Source: Octopus vulgaris (Eukaryota). Taken from it: a DNA stretch of 64,000 nucleotides. Below, one piece after another: positions 12,778 through 25,197 of this stretch. How positions within the stretch are numbered: the stretch's first letter is position 1; the number at the start of each line of letters is the position of its first letter. The notes under the pieces are model-generated. The model was not told the DNA's origin, ran no database searches, and was given only the letters and a program-made list of their open reading frames with translations. Both the position numbers and the translations under genes were made by a program. The stretch covers positions 18,910,001 through 18,974,000 of the forward strand of contig OX597816.1 in the NCBI GenBank assembly GCA_951406725.2, written 5' to 3'.

Positions 12778-14249
12778 TGAAAACATTTTGTAGCATGGAA
12801 ATATTTTAAATTGTTGAATATATGGTAGTTTAATTGCTGTAATATTTAAAAGTGTAATGTGTTCTACTATCGTAAGAGCAATAAAATATTATAGAATAAT
12901 GTAATGAAAATGTTGCATCATTTCAAAATGCGATTATGGTTTCGTTTCTTAACTGCGCTTGCAAGCATGATGCTGTTATATGTCCACAATTCATCATGAA
13001 TAATTCCTCTATGTTGTTGCTAATATCCTTGATGTTTAATTTCATATCTACTCCGATTGAACACAGTTTTAGCCAAAAACGTCAGCGCAAAATCTCCTTT
13101 ATTTCGCAAATTCATATTATCTAATAAAGTTACAAATATTAAAAGAATAATTATATAAATGATTCGGTAAAATTCTAAGCATATCAAAACGCACTGGAAA
13201 TAGCCCTCACACTTGTGTTTGTCTCCATAGTTATAGTTGATTATTTTGTTAACTAAGTTAAGCATAGAAGTATGTTGTCGTCATGCATATCATGGTTAAC
13301 TATTCAATGCATCATTTCTACGATGTATGCCTTTGACTGATCTCAAAATATAATAAAACGCAGCGTCATCCAAAATTTAAATGGTGCCGTCTTAAAGACG
13401 AGGGAAGCTTCTTGAAAGTTGAAAAGTGGATGTATAGAGAAATGAATGACACTGGCAGCTGGAAAACGATTTAACGCTAAGTTGAATCACAAGTTATGAA
13501 GAGAAAAATCAGCCATTATATGAAGCATCTCTCTTTATTGGTCTGCTGAAGGGTCTGGTCATGAGCTGCTCAAATTCTCTCGTTAAGCATTTTACTTATT
13601 TTTAGAATTATTGCAGAAATCAGTATTTGATAACAATGAACTGTCTATCTATCCACGTACATACTGTACTGGCGAAAATTTATTGAAAAAAATAGCAATG
13701 AATTATTTTGTCGAACTTTACCTCACAACAAATACTACAACAAACACGAAATTTCTTTTTTTGACACCAGCCTCAACCCAAATTTTCTGGCTTCTTTCCG
13801 TTTCAAATATCTGAAAGTATCAGGAGGAATATATATTCGCACCAAGAAGCTAGTGGTCATTGTATCCCCTAATAAAACGTATTCACACGGATTTATAGGC
13901 AGAAAAAATACTATTGATTTCCAAAATCGACAACATATTTGTAACGGACCGCATCACCGATAGAATTGATCACAAACTTTACATGTACGTATATTATTGA
14001 CGCACATGAAGTTGCTAGTATTTCATCTCAGAACACACAGAGACGAAACAAAATAACACAGATCAATCACATCGGCTTTATACTATTTCTGTATAGTTGA
14101 CGTACTCGATATTTTACAAAAACCGCATGAATTCTATCAATTTTCGATGTATCATTTTTATTTCCTGATGTATCTATTCAGCTGTATATAAGTACCTCTC
14201 TCTTTACCTGCTCTCTCTCCCCCGCCTTCTATTCATCTATATATCTATC

Positions 14250-14412
<163 letters not shown>

Positions 14413-14429
14413 CTTTTACTTATTTTATT

Positions 14430-14700
14430 CTTCTTTTACTTGTTTCATTTATTTGACTGCGGCCATGCTTTAGTCGAACAAACCGACCCCGTTCTTTGTA
14501 AGCCTAGTACTTATTCTATCGATCTCTTTTGCTAAGTTATGGGGACGTAAACATACCAAAATCGGTTGTCAAGCGATGGTGGGGCGACAAACACGCACAC
14601 AAACACACACACACATATACATACACACACACACAGACATATATATATATATGCATACATAAATACATACATACATATATAAATTCATGTGCTTGTGTGT
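14430..14700 (-). mobile_element. SINE family A, 3' half
   Basis: cttttacttgtttc..tttgactgcggccatgc..ctttgtaagcctagtacttattctatc..cggttgtcaagcgatg. Confidence 0.8.
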
Positions 14701-15095
14701 GTGCGTGCGCATGTATGTGTGTGTCTGTATAGTTGACATCCATCGGATACGATGACTAAAATTCCAATCTCTCCGATCAACGGAAATGTCTGCGCGATAA
14801 ATTAACCTGCAAGTGGCTGACCACTCCACATACACGCGTATCCTTAATCAAGAAGATTAAGAGTAACACGGAATGTGAGAAGGATGGCGGTTTCAAATAC
14901 AGCTGAATGAACTGGACCAACGTGAAATAAAGCCTGTTGCTCAATGATACAAAGCGCCGACCTTCAACTAACCCCTGACCTTTAGATGGTGGACAGAATA
15001 TTCTAGAAACTATATATGTATGTATATGCATAAATACACACACACACATACATCCACACACTCAAACACACACACACACACACACATACACACAC

Positions 15096-15128
<33 letters not shown>

Positions 15129-15144
15129 AATATATATATATATG

Positions 15145-15193
<49 letters not shown>

Positions 15194-15200
15194 GTATATA

Positions 15201-15306
<106 letters not shown>

Positions 15307-15342
15307 AATTGATCAAAATAAAAACATGATGCGAAGGATTCA

Positions 15343-15420
15343 GCGGTACATATGTTTCGGGCCTTTATTAGACAGATTTATAACAATGCATAATGTATGT
15401 CTGTGGCCTTCTTCAGCCGC
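15343..15420 (-). ncRNA. Type I hammerhead ribozyme
   Basis: Minus strand: GCGG-CTGAAGA-aGGCC..GGCCc-GAAAC-ATAT-GTA-CCGC. Stem III region ACATATGT is a perfect palindrome; GUA cleavage triplet. Confidence 0.8.
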
Positions 15421-15865
15421 GCACAACAGCTTCCACAAGGACATGTGTTACATCAAAAATTCTTGGTTGGGGATGCAAATCCTCCCATTCGCGTACGACA
15501 TAATGCGGCAGCAGCATAGAATTGAAGCGTCCATCTCTTTCTTCTCTCAATGTAGGATGAGGAAACTTGGATGTTGAAGTAATGTAAATAAATAAATACA
15601 TGTATATACGTGAAGATGGAGGGGCGAGAATTCAGGACGAGGGATGAAAAATGTATAAAAAGTGTAAGTATAGAAAAATATAAAAATGTAGAGCATAAAG
15701 ATATAAAGAGATATAAGGAGATGTAAAGGGGGTATAAAGAATATAAAGAAATATAAAGAAATATAAATAAATGTAAAGGCATAAAGTAAAAATAGAAATA
15801 GAAATAAAAGTAAAAAAAGTTAAAAAAAACATGATAAAAATGTAACAAAATATAAAAAAATATAA

Positions 15866-15924
<59 letters not shown>

Positions 15925-17335
15925 CTGATATACTTGGGTTCATCCGATACCTCCATGATTCTTAAATGTTATATGACTCTGGAAGACACTCGGGAATTGA
16001 ACAGACTCGGTCATTGGTCACATTCCAGGTCGGGTAATGGTCTTGGTCATTTTACTCCTCCATCCATTCTTCCCCCCTTGGAGGTTGAACAACTGAAATG
16101 AATTGCTCTTCGTCAGGATAGACGGTCGGCGAATTTTCTGTAGGAAGTTTATATAAAACACTGAAAATAACGATCTCTTAAATACCACAAATATCTCTGC
16201 CGAATTTATATTTGTGTTGAAATTTGCTTAAGGCGCTTGCATTCCGGTAATTGCTGAATTTGTCAAAATTCAGTTGTTCAATTGAATATAAACAGATGCA
16301 GAAAAGGAATTATCGAAAGTGCAAAGTAATGAGATCGCAAGGCGACCAAATCGTTGAGAGAATCGTTGAAATACCAGGTTAAATACTTTGAGGCATTTTG
16401 TTCTGCCAAGGTCAACTTTGATTTTCATCCTATCGAGAAGCACAAGTAAAACACTGGTCTCAATGTAATAGACATACCCTCTTCTCCCGAAATTTGATAG
16501 TTTGTGCCACAATTTAAGACCAGCAGAATCATTTTAGTCGTAAAACTAGATAATACATCAAACACAGGTCTCTTCACATTGATTTGTGAAAGTTTCAGCC
16601 AATAAATATAAGGAGAATGTCACAAAATGTAATAATCCATACATTATTATATGTGTACGTGTACACGTGTTTCTGGCTTCAGTTTCCTTACATGGCAAGA
16701 GAGTTCTCCAATGACTCTAGGCCGACCGAATCTCTGCATGTATATGCATGTCTGTTTGTGTGTATGAATATGTATATATTTATGTGTATGTTTCTATATA
16801 GAAAAAATATGTATATATGTATTTATATGCATATTCACTTTCTCTCCACTTTTCACTTCACTGTGTCCCTTTCATTTTTTCTCGCCCCTCCTTAATTCTT
16901 CTGTCTCTCGGCTTCTGCTTCTCTCTCTTGTCTTCCCACCTGACCGATCGGCCAAGCCTGCTCTTTCTTTCTTGGCCATGCAACATCGATATTCTACCCA
17001 GTATTTGTGAAATATTTGTATCTCTGCCGCAAAGCTTTATTTCCACACGCACCAGCTTAATTCAATTCGTCCTTAGTCGAGAGACTCCCGTTGTTATGTC
17101 CTGTTATTATTTTTATTGTATTTATATTTGTGTGATATTGTCCGTTTTTCCGTCCTCGTTTTTGTATACATTCGCTGCTTTCTTCCAAGGCCGGATTGGA
17201 GCAATCTCAAGAATAATCAGCCGAAGTTGCGAGGATAATCTGGTGCTTGACTATATATATATATATAAATTTAACCTCTAAAGGTATTTTTAGATATGCT
17301 GGCCATTGATAATATTTTCTTCTTATCCTACATTA

Positions 17336-17406
<71 letters not shown>

Positions 17407-18282
17407 AGTCAATTCATGTAAACGAGTAAAACTAACGGGAAAGGGGACTTGCACTAGACGTTAGGAGAAAAGTTTGACGTTTCGAGCATAGCTCTTTGCT
17501 GGACAGGGGAAATGCTCAAACAAGGAAAAAAGGCACAAACGGCATATGTGTAATTACATTGTGTATAATTACATCTTAGCCAGAGCAGCAGGGCTTTGCG
17601 TTGCCTTTATTTCACCTCTTCATTCTTTATTTTTTAAACTCGAAATTGAAACAACCGAAATGAATTGCTTTTCACCAGGACAAATATACATATATGTTAT
17701 TGTGTGTGTGTGTGTGTGTGTGTGTGAAATTATGCTTGTACACCATCACCGTTGGCTAAATATATTAGTGCGTTTAGGTACCCGTAACTAAGTCGCTCGG
17801 ATAAAATAAGTACTAGGGTTATATAAAAGACTCAGTGGCGTCGATTTCTTCAACTAAAAATTCTTCAACGCGGTGGCGCAGCATGGCCAGAGTCTAATGA
17901 GAATAACAAACCAAAGATAAAAGATAAAAGTAGAGGACACACAGACACACAAATGTGAAATTATGCGTAATTTACCTGAATGAAACTGTATGGAGCGGTT
18001 CATACATTTGGAGGGTAGTATTTCCATTACATTATGATAACATTGTTGAAAAGAGAAGTAATAATTCTGGACAATATTAGAGGCACCTGAAATAGTATGT
18101 ATATTTTTAGATGAAAGGAAACCAAAATAACCGCAGTATACATGTTCACATACACACATATACACATATACGCATACACACACATAATATATATATATAT
18201 ATATATATACACGTAATATATATATATATGTATATGTATATTTATATATATATATTTACATATATATATATATTTATATATA

Positions 18283-18367
<85 letters not shown>

Positions 18368-18881
18368 TTATATTTACGCACATAGCTTGATAATGCATAT
18401 ATATTTTTCTTGTAACAATCTCTCAACCCGTCTATATATTTCTATGTAAGTATATATATATTGACAGAAAATGAATGTGCTTATGTATCAGTGTGTATGT
18501 ACATGCGTATGTTTCTATTGTAAAATGTGTATAAGCCATATAGGTGTACGTACATTGTACATACATACGTACATATTCGAAAAAGTGCATCACCATCGAC
18601 ATTTTTCTTGAACGCTCTCAGAGAGTGGAACATTAAGTATTTTCATTTATTGTTACTCCCTGCATTTCTTTGATCTCCTATAACAGTGAAGTGCTTTTCT
18701 GTGTTTTACTCGAGCCGTAGTAAGTACTTTTACTATTTCTGGTGAGCAGGTTGCAGTGATTTGATATTCCCGTTAAAGTGCTTTTGCAAGAGAATCTATT
18801 TCAAAAAAAATTTCGACAGCCGCAGTAACCAAAACATGTGTAGAATACTAATAAAAGTAATAGCGTTGCAATTTGTAGAAC

Positions 18882-18897
18882 TCACTACTACTACTAC

Positions 18898-18929
<32 letters not shown>

Positions 18930-19240
18930 TCAACACCACTACCACCACCACCACCACCACCACCACTTCTACCACTAATACTACCACCACTTCTACTACT
19001 ACTACTACCACCATCACTACCACCACCACCACCACCACTACTACTACCACCACTTCTAGTACTACTACTACTACTACTACAACTGCTTCTACTACTACAA
19101 CTTCTACTACTACTACAACTACTACCACCACCACCACCACCACCAGCAGCACCAACAGCAGCAGCACCACCAGCAGCACCACCACCAGCACCACTACCAA
19201 TATTACTACACCTACCAGCACCACCAGCACCACCATGATG

Positions 19241-19281
<41 letters not shown>

Positions 19282-19372
19282 CACAACCAATACCACCAAT
19301 AGCACCACCACCACCACAAGCAGCACCATCACAACCACCAATACTACTACAACTACCAGCACCACCATGAGG

Positions 19373-19414
<42 letters not shown>

Positions 19415-19442
19415 GCTGCTGCTGCTACTGCTGCTGCTGCTT
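18882..19442. repeat. Compound (ACT)/(ACC)/(AGC) trinucleotide microsatellite
   Basis: Produces the poly-Thr, poly-Val and poly-Ser ORFs. Confidence 0.9.
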
Positions 19443-20097
19443 CTAAACAGGACAATAATCATAAAAATAAGTACAATACGAATAACAATAGCACTTCTAA
19501 TATTGTAACAAAAGAATAATGTCTAGAATAATATCATTAGTATTAATATAAATAACAATACGACAATAAAAAAAGAAATGTCTATTAACAATAAAAATAA
19601 TAATTATAATGTGCATTAGCAAAAAAAAATAAAAGACATTATTGGATTGAAGAGAAAAAATGTAACTAATAACAATATTAATGATACAAGTATTGGCTAC
19701 GAACATGATGATGTTTTATTTAATGTGATGAATGTATCTAGAGACTGGACGTACCATCCATTACTACAGAAATATTTCGAATCAGGATATTAGTGCATTG
19801 AACCGGAAACGCATTAGGATATTCTCTGAGTATGTAGTGAGATAGAAGAATTAATTTGTGAAAGAGAATATAATTCTTTCCTTCGTTTTATTGATTCATA
19901 TATGATTAGTATTGTTTTGTCTGTGTTTTTTTTTTTTTGAGATTGTTTTTTTTTTTTGAGAATACCTCCTGCTTTAGTATTATTCAAATAGTCCGTGAAT
20001 ATTTACAAAAATACATTCTATTATTAATTTTCGCTAAATCTCATAGAGAGAAATTCTTTGAAATTTACGAAAATATCCGGCGGACCTGAGTACATGA

Positions 20098-20180
<83 letters not shown>

Positions 20181-20214
20181 ATATATATATATTATTTATA
20201 TATATTTATATATG

Positions 20215-20360
<146 letters not shown>

Positions 20361-20816
20361 TATGTTTATATATATATATATATTTATATATCAGTTATAT
20401 ATTTCTATATATATAAAAAACACAGCAATTGGAAGGCAGACACAAACAGGTAAGAGAGAATGAATTGACGGCAATCTATCATACAATTTCCGACAATTTT
20501 ATTGCTTAGTATTACTTAAATTTTCCTCGAATGAGGCTTTTACATGCCGAAGACTACTTGGTGTAATTGATAATTATTCCAAATTAATTAATTTCACCCT
20601 TCATTATTACGGATAACCATATTTTATCTCAGTAGATGACCATAGCATCTTGTTTTGGCTACACGCGGGTGTGAAGGGGCTGGTGACACAATCCTTTCAT
20701 TCACACGTTGAGTTTGGTGATACTAGTTGCGGATTCTAGCTCGCTCTGATACTGAGTTGAGTTGGTGCCTTCTAGTATCTCAAAATTCAATATATAATCA
20801 CTTATGATTATAGTAT

Positions 20817-20916
20817 TCTACGCTGAAGAGAAAAGAAGTTTGGGTAACGTAGAATTATTTAATATTTAATTCTCATGCTTTCCTAAAAACTTGATTTCGA
20901 AACGTGCGTCCGTAGA
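20817..20916 (+). ncRNA. Type I hammerhead ribozyme, copy 1 (canonical core)
   Basis: TCTACG-CTGAAGA-GAAA..long stem II (AAGTTT/AAACTT, AGAATTA/TAATTCT)..TTTC-GAAAC-GTGC-GTC-CGTAGA. Predicted cleavage after 20910. Confidence 0.88.
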
Positions 20917-21412
20917 TAACTTAAAATTGTATGATAGATTGCCGTCAATTCATTCTCTCTTACCTGTTTGTGTCTGCCTTCCAATTGCCGTGTTTTTTAC
21001 TGAGATCTCCTTTTTTAGTAGAAGAAATAGCTATAACTCTTTGACTGCTATTTCTAAATTCGGTCTGTGGTAAGGCAATTCGTTGCTAAACCCTTTATTG
21101 CTTAGTATTACTTAAATTTTCCTCGAATGAGGCTTTTACATGCCGAAGACTACTTGGTGTAATTGATAATTATTCCAAATTAATTAATTTCACCCTTCAT
21201 TATTACGGATAACCATATTTTATCTCAGTAGATAACCATAGCATCTTGTTTTGGCTACACGCGGGTGGGAAGGGGCTGGTGACACAATCCTTTCATTCAC
21301 ACGTTGAGTTTGGTGATACTAGTTGCGGATTCTAGCTCGCTCTGATACTGAGTTGAGTTGGTGCCTTCTAGTATCTCAAAATTCAATATATAATCACTTA
21401 TGATTATAGTAT

Positions 21413-21512
21413 TCTACGCTGAAGAGAAAAGAATTTTGGGTAACGTAGAATTATTTAATATTTAATTCTCATGCTTTCCTAAAAACTTGATTTCGAAACG
21501 TGCGTCCGTAGA
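21413..21512 (+). ncRNA. Type I hammerhead ribozyme, copy 2 (canonical core)
   Basis: Same motif, offset by 596 bp. Predicted cleavage after 21506. Confidence 0.88.
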
Positions 21513-21599
21513 TAACTTATAAATTGTATGATGGATTGCCGTCAATTATTCTTCTTACCTGTTTGTGTCTGCCTTCCATATATAACTATATTTCTAAAT

Positions 21600-21634
<35 letters not shown>

Positions 21635-21660
21635 GGCTTATATATGCGAAGATATATATA

Positions 21661-21735
<75 letters not shown>

Positions 21736-23180
21736 CATCTGCGTTTGTGTGTGTCTGTATGTACCTGTGTTTATGCATGCATGTTCGTGTGTGTATTCGC
21801 ATGTTCGTTGATGTTGGACGAGACAGAAATATCCAATAAACTTTGAGTGTTTATCATATGAATTAAGTATCTGTTTTAATAAATCTATATAACATATAAA
21901 TATGTTTGTGTATGCATACATGTAAATCTACATATACATGAATCTACTTGCATAAATACGTGTGCGTGTCTTGATAAGCGCGTGCGCGTGTGTATACATG
22001 TAGATAAATTATTATTCGGTTTCTGTTTATGAATAACATGATCTTTAAATCGCGAAACTTCATTTCAAAATTATAAGGCTTCTTGGTGATAAGTATTTCT
22101 TTTTATGAACATCACATTTTGGAAGTTTTGCCTTTCGGGCTGTTGTGACTGCAAATCCATTTCTGAATTATATAAAGACTATCGAATATTAAAATTATAT
22201 CTTATTTAATTAATCTTCTCAATGAGATCATAATCTGCTGTAGGATTGGTGCAATCTCGTTTGATGTCGAAATATACACGTATAAATCTCGAATGCCTGT
22301 ACAATTAACATGGTTATATTTCCTTGTATTACCAAGCCATTCTTTTATGGCTTGAAATAACTCCTCTTTATCTTGTTAGAAAGAGATAAACATGATTAGT
22401 TAAATGAAGGTATTTGCTGAAGTTTTAAGTCTAAGAGAGAGGAATTATCGTCTGATATTTCGAAAATTATTCATGTTTCAGAACGTTCGTCAAAAGTTAG
22501 ACCGAAATACATTAATCTATGTATATAATAGTTATGCTGCCAACAATATTCCCCATATACTTTTGGTATTAGTCAAAATACCGACATTTGCTATTTGAAA
22601 TATTCTAGCAGTGTTACACTTAAAATTTATTTATGCCGATATCCATGTGAAATACAATGTTTATTTATGCTGATATACGTGTGAAATACAAGGCGAACAA
22701 AACAACCGAAAATAGATATTCAAAGAAAGTTGTCATATCATTTTTTCTGATTGAGATGTACATGAAACTTATTATTAATGTAAGTTGATAAATGTCAGAT
22801 ATCATTCAGGAGATCCAGTCAAATTCATGACGTCCAACGGCGTTCCCTTTAGTGTATAGTTAAATATGTATTATATGCATAAAATCTTTGACAATTCAGT
22901 TTGTCGTTAAGCTTACCTCGAAATACTGAAAAAAAAAACAAAAAACAAAAACAACAAACTAACAGAAACCTGAGAACTAAAAAGGCCAATTTATTAAAGT
23001 TTCGAAATGATGGATAAATTTGTAGAGATTCATAGTGCTTATACCTTTCCAAATGAGATATGTGATTCGTACTAAATGCAATTTGTAGTTTTATTCTCAC
23101 ATAAGCTTTCACAAAGGTAGCAGTCAATTCCGCTAAGGTATACATTGAGAAACTTAATAAGAATTAAGAGTGTAATATAT

Positions 23181-23580
23181 AGGCGTAGGAGTGGCTGTGT
23201 GGCAAGTAGCTCGCTTACGAACCAAATGGTTCCGGGTTCAGTCCCACTGCGTGGCACCTTGAGCAAGTGCTTTCTACTATAGCTTTGGGCCGACCAAATC
23301 ATTGTGAGTGGATTTGGTAGACGGAAACTGAAGTCTGTCGAATATTTTATATGTATGTATGTATGTGTATATGTTTATGTGTCTGTGTTTTTACCCCAAC
23401 ATCGCCTGACAACCGATGATGGTGTGTTTATGTTCCCATAACTTAGTGGTTCGGCAAAAGAGACCGATGGAATAAGTATTAGGCTTACAAAGAATGAGTC
23501 CTGGGGTCGATTTACTCGACTAAAGGTGCGCTCCAGCGTGGCTGAAGTCACATGACTGAAACAAATAAAAGAATAAAGAG
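23181..23580 (+). mobile_element. SINE family A, full length
   Basis: Same head, core and tail as the 11707 copy. Direct repeat aagagtgtaata at 23166-23177 and 23576-23587 (TSD). Confidence 0.9.
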
Positions 23581-24038
23581 TGTAATAGGTTAGATTGACT
23601 AATGAATTTAATCGATGTATATTATTTCCAAGGCAGTTAAAATTAATGGGCAGAAAAATTATGAATTACACAAAACTAAATATAATTATAGAAAAAATTG
23701 TGGAAGAGTAAATATGATTGGATGACAAATTCCCTAGATGTGAATCAAAGAAAGGCTTTGTTGCGCATTGGAATAAGCTTCAACATAATAATCACAAATT
23801 CGAGTGCTCATTGTCGATCTTTGAAAAACGGAGCATTGAAGCATATAATGAGTATACATTAAATAATTTTTAAGAGGCATTTCCCTCGCTGAATTTATGT
23901 CATGAATTACTGGAAACTTAAGGATATAAATATAAGGAAGGCAGATTGGATTAATTGTGCTGACTTCAACAACTAGAAATAGGAATGTTTGAGGAAATAC
24001 ACGGCAATGAACAAAGATGGCAGTTATATATATACCTG

Positions 24039-24088
<50 letters not shown>

Positions 24089-24220
24089 CATTTACAATTT
24101 AAAAAAAGGATAACATCTTTATAAGAATTTGTCAAGCAGTTAGCGTGAAAAACTTCATAAGAGGAAAAATCCACCAATTTTTTTCTCTTAAATATATTCA
24201 TTTATATTATATTGCCCTCA

Positions 24221-24284
<64 letters not shown>

Positions 24285-24530
24285 TGTATTTTTACCTTGT
24301 TAACAATTAACACGGAAAAGAAAATAAATAGTTACCAGGGCAGCAAAAATATCACAAGAAAAGGTGTTGTAACTCCTTGTATCACAAGTAAAGTTACAAC
24401 AAGTAAAGTGTTGTAACTCCTTGTACTCAAGATTGTATTGTTTATACCATTTATTCTTTTGAATAGTATCAGGGGAATTTCGAAACATGTGTCGAAAGTA
24501 AAAATATTTGATTACACCTGCGTTAACTCC

Positions 24531-24565
<35 letters not shown>

Positions 24566-24589
24566 CATATATATATATATATATATATA

Positions 24590-24960
24590 TAAGCAAGGAA
24601 AAATTGTAAAAATGCAGAATGCTAGATTGAAAGGAAATTTTAATGAAATGAGAAATTGAAAAAATATATAAATATATATTTATTCAAACCGATTTTCGTC
24701 ATAGTGTGACTTATCAAGAATAGGTATGTAACAAAAGTTTTTAAAATATTTATTATTATTCTTTTGCAAAAAACAATGCAACTTTTTTTCCCCTTTCTCT
24801 TTTTTTAAAAAAACTTTTGCTACATAACTATTCTTGATAAGTAACACTATGACGAAAACCGGTTTGAACAAATATATATTTATATATTTTTCAATTTCTC
24901 ATTTCATTCAAATTTTCTTTCAATCTAGCATTCTGCATTTTTACAATTTTTCCTTGCTTA
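24590..24960. repeat. Long inverted repeat (arms about 24590-24747 / 24801-24960), each arm carrying a degenerate hammerhead-like fold
   Basis: taagcaaggaaaaattgtaaaaatgcagaatgctagattg... / ...caatctagcattctgcatttttacaatttttccttgctta. Confidence 0.85.
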
Positions 24961-25004
24961 TCATTTCTCTTCATGTTCTCAAATAATATTTGAGAACATA
25001 ATCT

Positions 25005-25160
25005 TTTGTGGAGAATGGCGATTTGACGTCTATATCTAGCATGTTGACTGTCCATTTTCGTGTTCAGTCCTTAATTGGTATATATAAATATTTTAATCCT
25101 CGGATTCTTTTTTAATATGCTAGACCACTGGTTTTAATTGATAAATATCAATTTCTACTC
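25005..25160. repeat. Fragment of the repeat family found at 40755-41475
   Basis: Shares 'gacgtcta.atctagcatgttgac.gtcca' and the reverse complement of 'gatattaatcaattaaaaccagtgg'. Confidence 0.7.
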
Positions 25161-25163
25161 TTA

Positions 25164-25197
<34 letters not shown>

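Larger units (their letters stand above)
20415..21607 (+). mobile_element. Tandem 596-bp hammerhead-containing repeat with an upstream inverted fragment (PLE pseudo-LTR / retrozyme-like)
   Basis: Unit 20498-21093 is repeated almost identically from 21094 to about 21580-21607. 20415-20488 is the reverse complement of 20926-20998. Flanked by (TA)n. Confidence 0.9.

Noticed and set aside
18761-19519. 252-aa Thr-rich mucin-like ORF
   Set aside because: Compound trinucleotide microsatellite open in several frames on both strands. No convincing start or splice context.
24364-24426. Short direct repeats (gtgttgtaactccttgta x2) resembling a CRISPR array
   Set aside because: Only two copies, eukaryotic context and no cas genes; a simple local duplication.
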